Assembly: GCF_006345805.1 (NCBI RefSeq)
Contig: NC_043014.1
Location: 31,186,001 to 31,250,000 of the forward strand
Reading direction: 5' to 3'
DNA length: 64,000 nt
From: Octopus sinensis
Lineage: Eukaryota
In this document: positions 13,087-64,000 of the stretch, piece after piece
Layout: the number at the start of each line of letters is the position of its first letter
How positions within the stretch are numbered: the first letter of the stretch is position 1
Made by a program: the position numbers and the translations under genes
Notes under the pieces: model-generated
What the model was told of the DNA's origin: nothing
The model's database searches: none
What the model saw: the letters and a program-made list of their open reading frames with translations, nothing else

Positions 13087-14435
13087 CGCTACATGCTTTA
13101 AACATAACATATACATAGCATACACAAAGCATATAGATACCTTAAACATAGCCTCTATACATACTACAAACACATACAGATGCCTTAAACACACCATATA
13201 CACATCATAAATATCAAAAATTTCTATTTTTCCAATCTTTGTAAGATTTGTTTTTTAAATAAAGATCACTGCCACTTTTGAAATTACTTTGTAATTTGAC
13301 TTCTGTTTTGTTTATTCTTCTGAATTCAGTCCCACTGCATGGCACCTTGGACAAGTGTCTTCTACTATAAGTCCAGGCCAACCAAAGCCTTGTGAGGAGA
13401 AGCTGAAAGACGCTTGGTTTCATTTTTACATGTGTGTGTCTTTGTGTTTTTGTTTGTCCCCAACTCTACTTGACAACTGGTGTTGGTTTGTTGACATCCT
13501 TACAACTTAGTGATAGAATAGGTACCAGTACCAGGCTTAAAATGAAAATAAGTACAGGAGTTGACTTGTTCAACAAAACCCTTTCAGGGTAGTACCCTAA
13601 GCACGGCTGCTGTTCCATAACAAACAAGTAAAAAATAAAATATATATATATACTTAAAGAATATGTTTAAGTGTCTGAAAGAACATGCATGTGAGGGGTC
13701 AGTTCATTTGATTAAAATAACTTTAAAGGCAGTGCCTCAAGATGGCCACAGTCCAATGATTGAAACAAGTAAAGGAGATATAATATGTATGTAGCCTTGT
13801 GGGTGTGTTGGATTGAAAGAAGTTGAAAAAAGTCCATTGCATTTATTTGTGTCTACTTACCTTGACTTCATATGATAATTGTAATAGAATGTGTGTGTAT
13901 GTATGTATATATATATATATATTTAGATTTGTGTGTATGTGTGTCTGTATTTGTATCATCACCATTTAACATCTGTCTTCTTTCTGAATGTGTTAAATGG
14001 TTTGACAAGCTCCACTGAGCCTGAGGGTTGCAACAAGCTTCAATATTTTTCAGAATGGCATCAATGGCTGGATGCCCTTCCTAACTCTAACCACTTTCCT
14101 GGGTGTACCAAGTACTTATTTCTTGACACTGGCACTGGTGAGGTTGAAGTAACTCTCAAGACAGAGTAATCCCAACGACTGAGTAAGGTTTTAATCATGA
14201 GGGATGTGGCTTTATGCCAGGTGTTGAATGATTAAGGTATTGTAGAGGGACAGGCACAGGTATCTTGCTACACAGGAGATGCATGGCTACCCTGCTTTAT
14301 ATATAAGAGTGGGTGTGAATAGAGAGAAAGAAGACAATGGTAGTTCTCAGAATGGTAAAACATTAGTTTTTCTGTGAATGACAGCAGTTATACATTTCCC
14401 AGATGCCATCGCTAAGCAGAATAATGTCTTTGCCT

Positions 14436-14502
14436 CTCACCAACCTCCGACAACCTTTCTCACCAACCTCCCACAATCTTTCTCACCAACCTCCAACAAT
14501 CT
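14436..14502. repeat. 23-bp minisatellite, 3 units
   Basis: ctcaccaacctccnacaa(c/t)cttt. Confidence 0.8.
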
Positions 14503-14739
14503 CTCCCTCCTCTAGCTGAGTTTTTTGTACTTTTTCATGACGGAAAATACACATTTTGTGGCAGTTATAACGAAATTGCTTTCTTATATCAGAGTAATAG
14601 GCATTTCAATAGATCATCTTTACTCCAGGAATTACCAGGTACACCTGGTAGTGTATAAATATGTGTGTATGTATATATATATATATAAATATATATATAC
14701 ATGTATATGTGTATATATATATATATGTATATATACATG

Positions 14740-14781
<42 letters not shown>

Positions 14782-14980
14782 TATGTATATATATACATGT
14801 ATATATATATGTATATATATACATGTATATATACATATATATATACACATATACATGTATGGTGGTGCCCCAGCATGGCCGTGGCCTTCGGGCTAAAACA
14901 TTTTAAAGGATCTTAAGGATTTATATATATGTGTGTGTATGTGTGTATATATATATATGCATATATGTGTGTATGTATGT

Positions 14981-15011
<31 letters not shown>

Positions 15012-15092
15012 TATATATATATGTATGTATATATATATATGTGTATATATATATGTATATATATATATATATATATATGTGCATATATATAG

Positions 15093-15600
15093 CCTAAGAT
15101 AAACCTCTGTTCCTGGCTTTCGTTGACAGGGTTCTCTGATCCCTTATCTGGTGGTCAATGAGGAAACTAGGGATAGATGAATGGTTAGTGAGAGCTCTGC
15201 AAGCCATGTAGACGGATGCTGTCAGTAAGGTGAGGGTTGGCAATGAGTAGAGTGAAGAATGCCGGGTAGGGGTTCACCAAGGATCAATCCTCAGCTCCCT
15301 CTTGTTCATCATAGTCCTCCAGTCAATAACAGAGGAATTCAAAACAGGATGCCCCTGGGAGCTCCTCTATGCTGATGACTTTGCTCTAATTCTGAGTCGC
15401 TATCTGAACTAGAGGAAAAGTTTCAGATGTGGAAGCAAGGATTAGAATCGAAGGCCTTAGAGTCAACCTAGCTAAAACTAAAGTCTTAATAAGTAGGAAG
15501 GCAAAGTTCAGAGAGCTCCTACCTCTGCTGGTGACAAAGGGCCTCTCGCTCAGAGTAAAAAGTAGAGTGTATGACGCTTGTGTACGAACAGCCATGCTAC
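15093..15600 (+). mobile_element. RTE-clade LINE reverse transcriptase fragment (decayed, internally deleted)
   Basis: [51 protein letters not shown], then a jump to LSLRVKSRVYDACVRTAML; stops and frameshifts present. Confidence 0.9.
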
Positions 15601-15601
15601 T

Positions 15602-15645
<44 letters not shown>

Positions 15646-15689
15646 ATATATATATACGAGAGAGAGAGAGAGAGAGACCTAAATGTACG

Positions 15690-16880
15690 CATACGCCATA
15701 TGTATATAAAAAGGAATACCAAAAATTGTACAAGAACACAAAACATCCAGACAGCTAGATAATACAAAAAAGGGACAGCAAAACATCCAGACAGATGATA
15801 CAAAAAGAGACAAGAAAAAACACGCACGGGTCATTCGAAATGTTCTTTCCTCAATTGAGTTCCAGATTATCTTTGCAATTTCAGCCAGTTATGCTTGAGA
15901 TTGCTCCAATCTGGCCAGTCCCAAGGAAAAACTAAGTCTAAGAGCATTAGATTCCATGGAAGAAAGCAGCAAATGTATATGAAAACAAGGATGGAAAAAA
16001 AAAACGAACTGGTACACAAATACAAATGCAAATAGCAGGACATAACAACAGGTGTCTTATTATTATATTTATTTTTTATATTATTAAATTTATTATTATC
16101 ATTAAATGAATTAAATTTATTCTTATTTTTTAATCTATTATATTTATGTTTTGTGTTAAGACAAAGACAGGTGTATTAGTTTGATGCTCAGGAAAGTGAG
16201 CAAATCTTTTATGTTTTGAGCCTAAGCTCTTCAACAGAAAGCAATAGGGAAAAATAAACAGAGACCGAATAAAAATAACTTGTGGATTTATCGATCAAGC
16301 ATGTATATATATATATTTATGTATATACAATAAGAGGAGGGAGATCAAGAGAAAAATGATGGTACTAAATATCTAGATTGTGTAGTTCTTTGTTGATAGG
16401 GAAGAGGAAAAGGTGAGGGAAAGAGAGAATGGTACTGATAAAGGCGATAGAGGAGTGTGTGATAAGGCTTGATTTGTTTTCATATTTATGTGTGCACATG
16501 TTGGGATAGGGAGTGTAAGTCATTGGTTTAACCTAAGACAGGGGAGGTGCTTCCTCAATAAATTCAGATGTGAAGTAGGGAAGTCAATTTCATTGGATGT
16601 TTGAAGTTCTTTGTCTGAGTAGACAAGTGATGTTCTCTTAAAGGGTTGTGTTACTTACCTTTGGTGGTACAATTAGTTCTTCGATGTTACTAGTGTTTGC
16701 ACAGATCCAGTGGATTCAGCTATTATTGATTACCATCTATGCTCAGTTATGTAATATCAAGCACTTAGCGTATTTTGTGTATTTTCATTGGAGACATGGA
16801 TGGATGTGTTCCATTGTGTTAAAATCCATTGGTGATATAACCTAGGAAAATAGCGGCTCTTTTGTTCAGTTTGTTTATGA
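15690..16880 (-). mobile_element. Penelope-like element remnants, including a degenerate hammerhead at 16206-16241
   Basis: Minus strand CUUU-CUGUUGA-AGAGC-UUAG-GCUC-AAAA-CAUA-AAAG parallels the 42249 motif; adjacent sequence looks like decayed coding DNA. Confidence 0.4.
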
Positions 16881-17859
16881 AGTCTTTCTATTGTTCAATT
16901 AGATGCTATCCTACACTATGTCAGCACAACTTGGTATGATCCTATAAAACTGCCATCGCAGGTTGGAATCACTAGGCTGTAGCTGACAAAATAGAATAGG
17001 AACTTTTATAGGCATACTCAAAAAACGTTTCCTGTAAATGAATTTAAAGAATATATTTACATATATGTGCGAATGGCATGCACTCAAGGTATGCAAATCA
17101 TGTGCTACATTCCCATTTATATTTTTCATGTGAATCCAAAAATTAATTCCAAAAATTAATTTATCTCTAACTACATCGAAAAGTTATCAAACTCATTGGA
17201 AATTGGACTAATTAGTTTGTTTGAGAGAAGGCTCAAGGAAACTATCAGATACAAAAAGAGTACAGCATAAGTTTAATTATAGAAGCCATCTCCATTCGGG
17301 TGCAATTTCTTACCCTGTTAAATACTGTGAAAAGGCATGCAATTTCAAAAATGCATTAACCTCCCGCTTTTTTTTATTTACTCTCCTCTCTGTCTGTCAG
17401 TAGCTCTTTGTATTGTCATTTGTTTGTATTTAATGTTAGTCACTAAACGATCAACTCACCTAATGATTAAGTGATGACTGTTTGATCTCAAGTGAAATAC
17501 TTGGAAAAGCACTAAATCTAAAAGTAAAAACAATTTATCCCCTCACAAAAACCCCTTGTGAGTTACATCAATTTTATTACACTACTATAAAACAAAACCT
17601 TTTACCAACTGAGAATGGCAATTTATGGTAAATATAAAGATTTATTTTCTCTTTGATATTTAATATCCGAACAGGATACATTGTTACATTTTCTTTCATT
17701 GCAATTGCAAACTAATTAAGCCTCCTTGTTTACTAAAATTAGCTTCCCTTTTATTCAAGGTAACTTCCAATTCACAGGAAAAGTATACACACACACAAGC
17801 ATGCACACACACAAGCATGCACACACATATTTCTTTCTTAGATATCTTTTGAACTTTTG

Positions 17860-20150
17860 AAATGTTAGTTCAAATGACTAAAATGTGTGTTATAGAACTT
17901 TTGAAAAATAGTTTTTCTAAAATAGACTTCAAAAGGAAACAATTAATTATAAATGATTGCAGACCAATGCTGAAATTACTTGATTTCAGAAGTTCCAACT
18001 TGAAATGTGTCAGACAATTTCAGATTAATTTATATGAAAGAAAAAAAAATGATTAACTGGAAGTGCTAAGCTAAATATATTATTTTTGATGCTCATGCTT
18101 ATTATTTAGTTTAGAAGAAAGTTTAGAAATCATAAAGGTTATAAAGATTTAAATAATCTATATACAACTATGCTAAAACATGAGCATTCTTGAAAAATAT
18201 ATAAAATCTTTGATAGATCTTAAAATATTTAAGAATGTTCACATTGGCTTATAGTCAGATGCATGTAAGAGGCACAGCATACAGCAGCATAATGAAGTTA
18301 AATGAAATAGAGATATTCTGAAAAGATTGATTGATGTAGTTATTTTTTTAGGTCACCAGGAATCTTCATTTCAGAGTCATTTTGAATCCATAGAATTCAA
18401 TAATCCCAGGAATTATAAAGGACTGTTATATATAATCAGTAAGTCTGATGAAAAGTTGGCAAGCTATCTAGATTACAGTTTGCTTTCTCAGGTCTCTCAA
18501 ATGAAGTTCAAAATGACATGTTGGATGCAATGCAAAAAGTTATGCTGAATGTAATAGAAAATGAATTTGAATAGGCTGAATTTATAGCTATTCTTGTAAA
18601 TAAAACATTCAATCATCATCATCATCCTTTAATGCCTGCCTTCCATGCTGGCATGGGTTGGGCTGTATGATCAGAGCTGGTAAGCCAAGGAACTCATGGG
18701 GTTCCAGTCTGGTTTGGCCTGGTTTCTACAGCTGGATGCACTTCCTAACATCAACCATTTTACAGTGTATGCTGGCTGCTTTTAGCATAGTACTGACACA
18801 AGCACTTCTTATGTGACACCAGCACAGGACACTTGCAGACCAATCATCTTCATCAAGGGAAGTTGCCTTAACACTTCTGCAGTGGAGGACAGGTTTTTTT
18901 AAGTGCAGCAAAGTAACTGTCAACTGTTGTACATTATGTTATAAAAGACTGTGTTACTAAAAGTGATTTATCAGTTTCAACAATGTTAAAGCAGACCATT
19001 CAGCAAATGATTCTTTTGAACATGCTTTTAAATAGATTGAAATGTGGAAGTGTGAAAACAAATTAATTACACAAACCTGTGATGGTGTCACTACAATGGT
19101 AAGGCAATTAAAAAGGTTTGTAATCAAAGGTAAGAGAGAAGTATGAATGTGCTATCCTTATTCATTGTTTGAGTTTAGTTCTTTCACAAGCATGATCTGC
19201 TATATAAATGAATGCAAAATATTTCTTTCTATAAGTACACTGGGTACATTTTCAATGAAACCACTCAAGCCAATGTAGAAGTTAATATTAAAAAAGAATT
19301 TTCCCAAAGCAACAGCAATTAGATAGATTTACATGTTATATCTACAGGAGAAAATTGTGATTACCTAATCACCTTTTTGAAGACATCATTGAAAATCTTA
19401 AAGCTATAAATTCTGCAATTGAATTCTTACACAATTTAAAAGATACCAATTTCTTATTTATATTTGATGCATTTAGTTATACATTTTCCTTCACTGATGT
19501 CTGGTTTAACATTCTTCAGATAAAACGTCTTGACACAGTGTATTGTAAAGAGCAAATAAATAAAACTAGAACAGTGCTGGAAAGTAAACAGGGCAATTTT
19601 TCGATGAAGTGTTAGAGAAAAAATATGGAATCAATGCAGCATTCCAAACTAAGAGATCCAGAAATAAATCTATTGACCCGCAACATATTAAAATGCTCCA
19701 CAATAAAATTATTAGCACAATAGTCGACCAATTAACCCTTTAGCATTCAGATTACTCTGTCAAATGTATTTATTCATAATGTTTTGAATAAATCATGTGT
19801 TATCTCATAGCTTCAAGATTTTAATGATGTGAGTATTTATTTTTAGAATGATACTACACGGTTGGTGTGAGAGGCTGGATCTGGTTGGTTTGAACATAAA
19901 ACAGGTAAAATACTTGGATTTGATATGGCCGGTTTAAATACTTTAGTATTCAAAGCAAGATACTCATCCTTAGAAGAACTTAAATTCATGGAACTTTTCA
20001 ATTTTAGCATAGCCAAAGAATATTGCAAAAAAATTGTGGGTGCTTTAAATTCTTTAAAAACCACTTATGGTAGTTTTTTTTTTTTTTTTGAGTGAACTAA
20101 ATGTTATATATTCAATGGAAGATTATTAAAAAGCAAAGTGTAATTCAAAA
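17860..20150 (+). mobile_element. Decayed hAT transposase (ZMYM1/THAP12-like), interrupted by a family C repeat and a TTAA MITE
   Basis: Fragments RQFQINLYE, CLLFS, KHE, HNE..NRDILKRLIDVVIFLGHQE, NPRNYKGLL, QTCDG, IHC, LVLSQA, with many stops and frameshifts. Confidence 0.75.
19733..19947. mobile_element. TTAA-flanked (piggyBac-like) MITE; copies at 26236-26455, 50155-50381, 56791-57372, 59043-59499, 60151-60377, partial at 8545-8660
   Basis: Termini TTAACCCTTTAGCATT...AATGCTAAAGGGTTAA (degenerate in some copies) around a shared body of about 220 bp. Confidence 0.75.
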
Positions 20151-20199
20151 ATTATACATACTCTTGTTTCTGTAATCTATTAAAACAAAAGCAAGGGTT

Positions 20200-20990
20200 G
20201 AACAATTTCATCATTTTTGTTCAACATAGTCTTCATGCTTTTTGATGCACTTCTTCCAGTGGTCCACAAGCTTGCTTATTGTATCAGAGAAAAAGGTTTT
20301 TGCAGCCATCTTCCTGCACTTCTTTGTCTATAGCAATTTGACAACCTTGTAAAACATGTTTGAGCAATCCAAAGAGGTGATAATTGGAAGGGTCGAAATT
20401 TGGACTATATGCAGAGTGTTCCAGTAACTTGAAACCCAATTTTACAATGGTTTTAACTATGTGGATGGCCATATGTAAGCATGCATTGTTGTGCAACAAC
20501 ACTTGATTTGAGAATAGACCTCAATAGTTGGGGTGAATTGCTGATTTCTGTTTGTTGGCCACCATTTCACTGTTGCCTACATTGGAGACTGTAGACCCCT
20601 TTTTCAGGCATTGCATCCCCAAAAATGGTTAGCATAACTTTTTCTGTGGAGTCTTGAATTTCTTTTTCACTGGCTATTGTGGTGTTTCCACTCCACACTG
20701 TGCCATTTGAAGTGATGGATCCACCATTTAAATTCCAGCACAAAGTGAAGGGCTCCATCTATAACTATTCTCTCCAAAATAGCTTCACCTTTATTGTTGT
20801 TGCAGTTGAGTAAGCATTTACAGATCTTCACACAATTGTGCTTATGTGTAAGATCTCACGACACTCATTTTGCTTGTCGTGGATGATTTCTTATGCAGAA
20901 GCATCCCTTGAGCTTGTTGAATCTTGAAGTCAGTCACGGAGATTGATGGGCATCCTGCTCCCTCTTTGGACTTTATTCTTACTTGGTGCA
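20200..20990 (-). mobile_element. Decayed mariner transposase (catalytic region)
   Basis: KVMLTIF, LLHNNACLH (HDNARPH), LEHSAYSPNFDPSNYHLFGLLK (HPPYSPDLAPSDYHLF). Confidence 0.85.
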
Positions 20991-21236
20991 CACCTCCAGC
21001 AGAGTGGCCATGTTTACTCTGTAAGACAAGAAAACTGGAGTGGCCAAGGTCAAATCTTGCTTACATAACTGCAAGAGCACCACCTGTTAGATAGTGCTGA
21101 AGGCAGGCTGATCAACTTAAAGAAAGTATTGTATGTATGTGTGAGTGTATGTATTTGTATATATATATATATATATTTGTTTCTATGTATGTATATGCAT
21201 ATATATATGTGTGTATGCATTTGTATATATATATAT

Positions 21237-21397
21237 ATCTATACAATATGTTACATTACTCGGTAGTCAAGATAAAACTCTGAGTTTCAGATGCCGAGTT
21301 TTATCTTGACTACCGAGTAATGTATTGTATAGATAAATTTCCTCTATTTACATAATATTGAGGTCTCTTTCTTTCTTTTGTTATCTTACCGTTTTAT

Positions 21398-21400
<3 letters not shown>
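21237..21400. repeat. Hairpin-forming interspersed repeat, copy 2 (opposite orientation)
   Basis: Inverted repeat 21237-21334 with the same GATAAAACTC/GAGTTTTATC core, flanked by (TA)n. Confidence 0.8.
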
Positions 21401-21432
<32 letters not shown>

Positions 21433-22570
21433 AGAGTCATTCTTGTTAGTTATTTTTTATTATAATCACCCCGCAAATTTTTATGGGTAACACCATACAA
21501 AATTCTGGTGCAGCTAAATTAAGTATCATATTCATTTGAATCTATATATATATATATATGTGTGTGTGTATGTAAATATTTGTATGTATGTATGTATATG
21601 TATACATATGTGTGTGTATTTGTATATATATATATATTTGTATCTATGTATGTATATATATATGTGTGTGTATATATATATACATTTTTATGTGTCTGGG
21701 TGTACATATACCATTGTCATCTCATTACTACCAACATCGCTAATGTCGCAACTAGTATTACCATCACACCACCAATAAAAGTATCATCATCAACAGTATT
21801 ATCCCCCTCCCTCCACACCTCCATCATCCTTTATTAATTTTCTTTTTATTACTGATACAAACGTGTAAGAATCTTTCCAAATTGTGTAATTTCTTTGAAG
21901 GAAAAGAAACACACACAAGCTGGCAGACTGACCGTTTCTCGTATGGATCTGCCAAACATGTATCGATTGGTCAATGTTTAGATTAGTTGACATTTTGCCA
22001 AGCAACTGATGACATTATCAGACTGTTATTACAAGTGTGCTAGGAATTCTGACTTAAATGTCAACATAACTTCTAAAGATGGACCAGTTGTTGTTGTTCA
22101 ACCCCAAGTCAAACCTGGCTGAACAGACCAATGATCAAAAGCACTCCAGCAGTGAACATCCCTATAATTTTTTCTGTGATATCTATGTATTACTCAGTAT
22201 GTTCTTCCCTGTTTTAAAGATTGCTTGGGGAGATTTAACTGCTCTTTCTAACAAGCTGAATGACCAAAGTGCGGTTTCCCAGCAAATGCATTGAAAAAAG
22301 GGATGGAGTGCTGAGCTTGTTTCAAATAAATGTGCCTGCTCTGAGCACACACCTCAAGATTGGAGAGGAACAACTTAGTGGCCAGGGTGATGTTTTGATG
22401 GGATTTCCACAAGTGGTAGCAATTGAAAGTCTCCCACTTTTAGGGAAATTTGTTTTTGTTATTTCTCTTGTTTACACGTTTATTCTATATGTAATCCCAT
22501 ATTGTATCATGTTGTACCCTCCTTGATCTCTTTGTTAAGTTTTGCAGTTAATTAAGAAAGCATGACTATT

Positions 22571-22983
22571 GGTGCAAGCATGGCTGTGTGCGAAGAAGCT
22601 TGCTTCCCAACCACATGGCTCTGGGTTCAGTTCTAGTGTGTATCACCTTGGGCAAGTGCCTTTCACTGTAAATTGTGCTGACCAAAGCCTTGTGATTGGA
22701 TTTGGTAGACAGAAACAGAAAGAAGTCCGTTGTGTGTGTATATATATATATATATTATATATATATATATATATATCTGTGTGTGTATTTGTGTCAGTTT
22801 GTCCCCCACCACCGCTTGACAACTGGTGTGTTTACATCTCCGTACAGCAAAAGAGACCAAAAATATAAGTATCAGGGTTTTAAAAAAATAAGTACTGGGG
22901 CCAATTCATTCAACAACAAAAATTCTTCAAGGCACTGCCCTCAGCATGGCTGCAGTCTAATGAGTGAAACAAGTAAAAGATAA
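22571..22983 (+). mobile_element. SINE family A copy
   Basis: tggctgtgtg head, ggatttggtagacagaaac body, gaaacaagtaaaagata tail. Confidence 0.8.
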
Positions 22984-23443
22984 CAGATTATTAGTATTAT
23001 TAAAGTGACACACTGGCAGTATTGTTAGCATGCCAAACAAAATGCTTAGTCTATGTCTTTCATCCTGTCAGAATAACACACCCCACACTCACACAATATA
23101 CTCACAACACATCCTACACTCACAGGTATTCATTTTTCATCCAGTTACAGTTTTATGATACAGTCCAACCACCTCTCTTTATGTACTAACCTTAACCCTA
23201 ACTTATCACCAATCACATTAATTTGCAGGACCCAACAGTTATCATGAAGTGTAGCAATGATAAATCTGCCTGATACAATCCATCACTTTCCACGTTACAC
23301 TCAGAAAGAATTAAACTCAACACTAACAAATCACTCACCAATTATTCTACTATTTACAAGGCTACTGTGTATTGTGCCTGTTTATAACAGGACAGACTGA
23401 CTGCTCTGTTTGGGGAGATAGAAACAGTGTAAACACTTGAGAT

Positions 23444-23505
23444 GAGATAAAAACTATGGAATTGTAGTTGGTTAGAGATAAAAACTGTGGAATTGTAGTT
23501 GGTTA
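23444..23505. repeat. 31-bp direct duplication
   Basis: gagataaaaact(a/g)tggaattgtagttggtta, twice. Confidence 0.85.
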
Positions 23506-23606
23506 GCAGACTGACACCCTCTGTGTCAAGTTGGTCAGTCTCTTGAATACAAAAAAAAAATATGGTCAAATAAAAATCCAGAAATCAACTTGCTTTTTTA
23601 TAAAAG

Positions 23607-23612
23607 TTTATT
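23607..23612 (-). terminator. Candidate XRCC1 polyadenylation signal
   Basis: AATAAA on the minus strand about 290 nt after the stop, followed by U-rich sequence. Confidence 0.5.
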
Positions 23613-23902
23613 GGAACACTTATCCAATAAATGTGTAAAATGATTGAAAACATGTGAAAAAAAAACAAACTTTTTTGTGGAGGTAGGATGGAGACAGGGA
23701 AAAAAATTTAAAATTCAAATGAGAATGTTTTATATAATGTAAATGAAAACAAGTCTTATATATCAATCAAAATATATAACTACTGTTTTATGTACAACTG
23801 TTTTGGTTTCTTCTCTTCATTGTTCCACCCACCCCAATTTAAACATCCAAACAGCAATGATGAGAAAAACAGCTTTAGTTGTTAGTCTGTGGGAGCCATA
23901 CA

Positions 23903-62738
<38,836 letters not shown>

Positions 62739-63349
62739 CTGAAGATAGACAAAATATAAGAAATGAATTTTTAAAAATAACCAAGTTAATATTTCATTTT
62801 TTCAAAAAAAACAAAAAAACAATAATAATTGGGAGAGAGAGATAGGAAAGAGAAAGAAAGAGATAGAATATATATATATGCATATTTGAAAAAAAGAGTA
62901 TGTGTGAGAGGAAGGATGAAGGCAAAGTAAATAACAACAGCAGAATTTGTTAAAAGCAACTCAGAACATAAAGTAGCATAACTAAATACTGCAAATATAT
63001 TCTTTAGCACACTAATGATTTAACTATACACTTGTAGTAATAATGGTTTCAAATTTTGGCACAACTTTGGGGGCAGAGGCTAGTCGATTACATCAACCCC
63101 AGTGTTCAATTGATACTTAATTTATCAACCCTGAAAGGATGGAAAGCCAAAGCTGACCTTGGCGAAATTTGAACTGAGAACAAAAGTATAAAAGAAATGT
63201 TGTGAAGCATTTCTTCCATACTTCTGTTAAGGATTTTGCCAGTTTGCTGCCTTCCCACTTACAGTAATGAAAATAATAAAGATAATAGCTATCTTTTACA
63301 GAAATCCATTTATTTGGTGGGAAAGCATAGATTATATCAACACCCAAAC

Positions 63350-63855
63350 ATTTGACGGAAAGACCCCACCCCATTTTCTCCCAAATTTGTTTATTTTTGT
63401 AATTTTTTTTTTGCCAAAAATTGCCATTTTCAGATATGGAGGTTCTGGAAAATTGCCAAAAATCAGCATTGTGAAAATTTCCCCCCGTTTCTACCCCTCC
63501 ATCCAACTACTTCAATTTTGACTTTTTTCCTCAACACTAACCCTAAAACCGTAAGTACAGAAATGATTTAAAATTATTGTCCGAATCATGATTTTTCCGC
63601 ATATTTAGAAAAAAAAAATTTTACAAAGATTTTTGGAAATTTTTTTTCAGAATCATAATCTCTGTATTTTTCCGCATATTTTGAGAAAAAAATTGTGCAA
63701 AAAGTTAAAAATGAAGGAAATGGGGGTGGGGGTGTAATTTAGAAATGTCGATTTTTGCCAATTTTTTTTGCAGATTCGTATTCTCCGTAGCTGAAAAGTG
63801 GGGGGAGTGGGGGTTTTTTATGGGGGGGGGGGGGCAGAAGTCTTGCCCATTTGAC
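63350..63855. mobile_element. Possible Helentron/HINE-like non-autonomous element
   Basis: Short inverted ggaaagac/gtcttgcc near the ends, internal ctaaccctaa, and a CpG/homopolymer composition unlike its flanks. Confidence 0.3.
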
Positions 63856-64000
63856 TGTTATTTATATAAACTAATACAAATATGGAATAGCTTTCTTTTG
63901 AAAACACTCATCATTATCATTCATTTTTCTATGCTCGCATGGGTAAGATGGTTTGACTAGGGCTGATAGGCCAGAGAGCTGCATTAGGCTCCAGTTTGTC

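Noticed and set aside
62739-64000. XRCC1 exons 1-2 and promoter
   Set aside because: No matching peptide found; the region is SINE and repeat sequence, so these must lie beyond the window.

Overview
AT-rich, microsatellite- and repeat-dense animal genomic DNA. The repeat families suggest an octopus (coleoid cephalopod); this is inference. Two convergent protein-coding genes are present. (1) The terminal coding exon of POLR2H/RPB8 lies on + at 12606-12723, with its upstream exons outside the window. (2) Thirteen coding exons of XRCC1 lie on -, from 62738 down to the stop at 23903, and I joined them by hand into one open frame of 655 aa plus stop (N-terminal domain, BRCT1, acidic linker, BRCT2); the first ~48 codons lie beyond the right edge. 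Almost all supplied ORFs are microsatellite or repeat artefacts. The rest is a mosaic of tRNA-derived SINEs, RTE/CR1/Hero/Penelope-like retroelement fragments, Tc1/mariner and hAT remnants, MITEs and a Helitron. The most interesting observation is a tandem pair of minimal hammerhead ribozyme motifs 308 bp apart on the XRCC1 sense strand inside an intron, a dimer-competent, retrozyme-like arrangement. Also notable are a fold-back mariner built from two 5' ends, a hairpin repeat with compensatory changes, inverted SINE pairs bracketing XRCC1 exons, and rewired XRCC1 interaction motifs. Repeat boundaries are approximate; family names come from recognition, not database searches.
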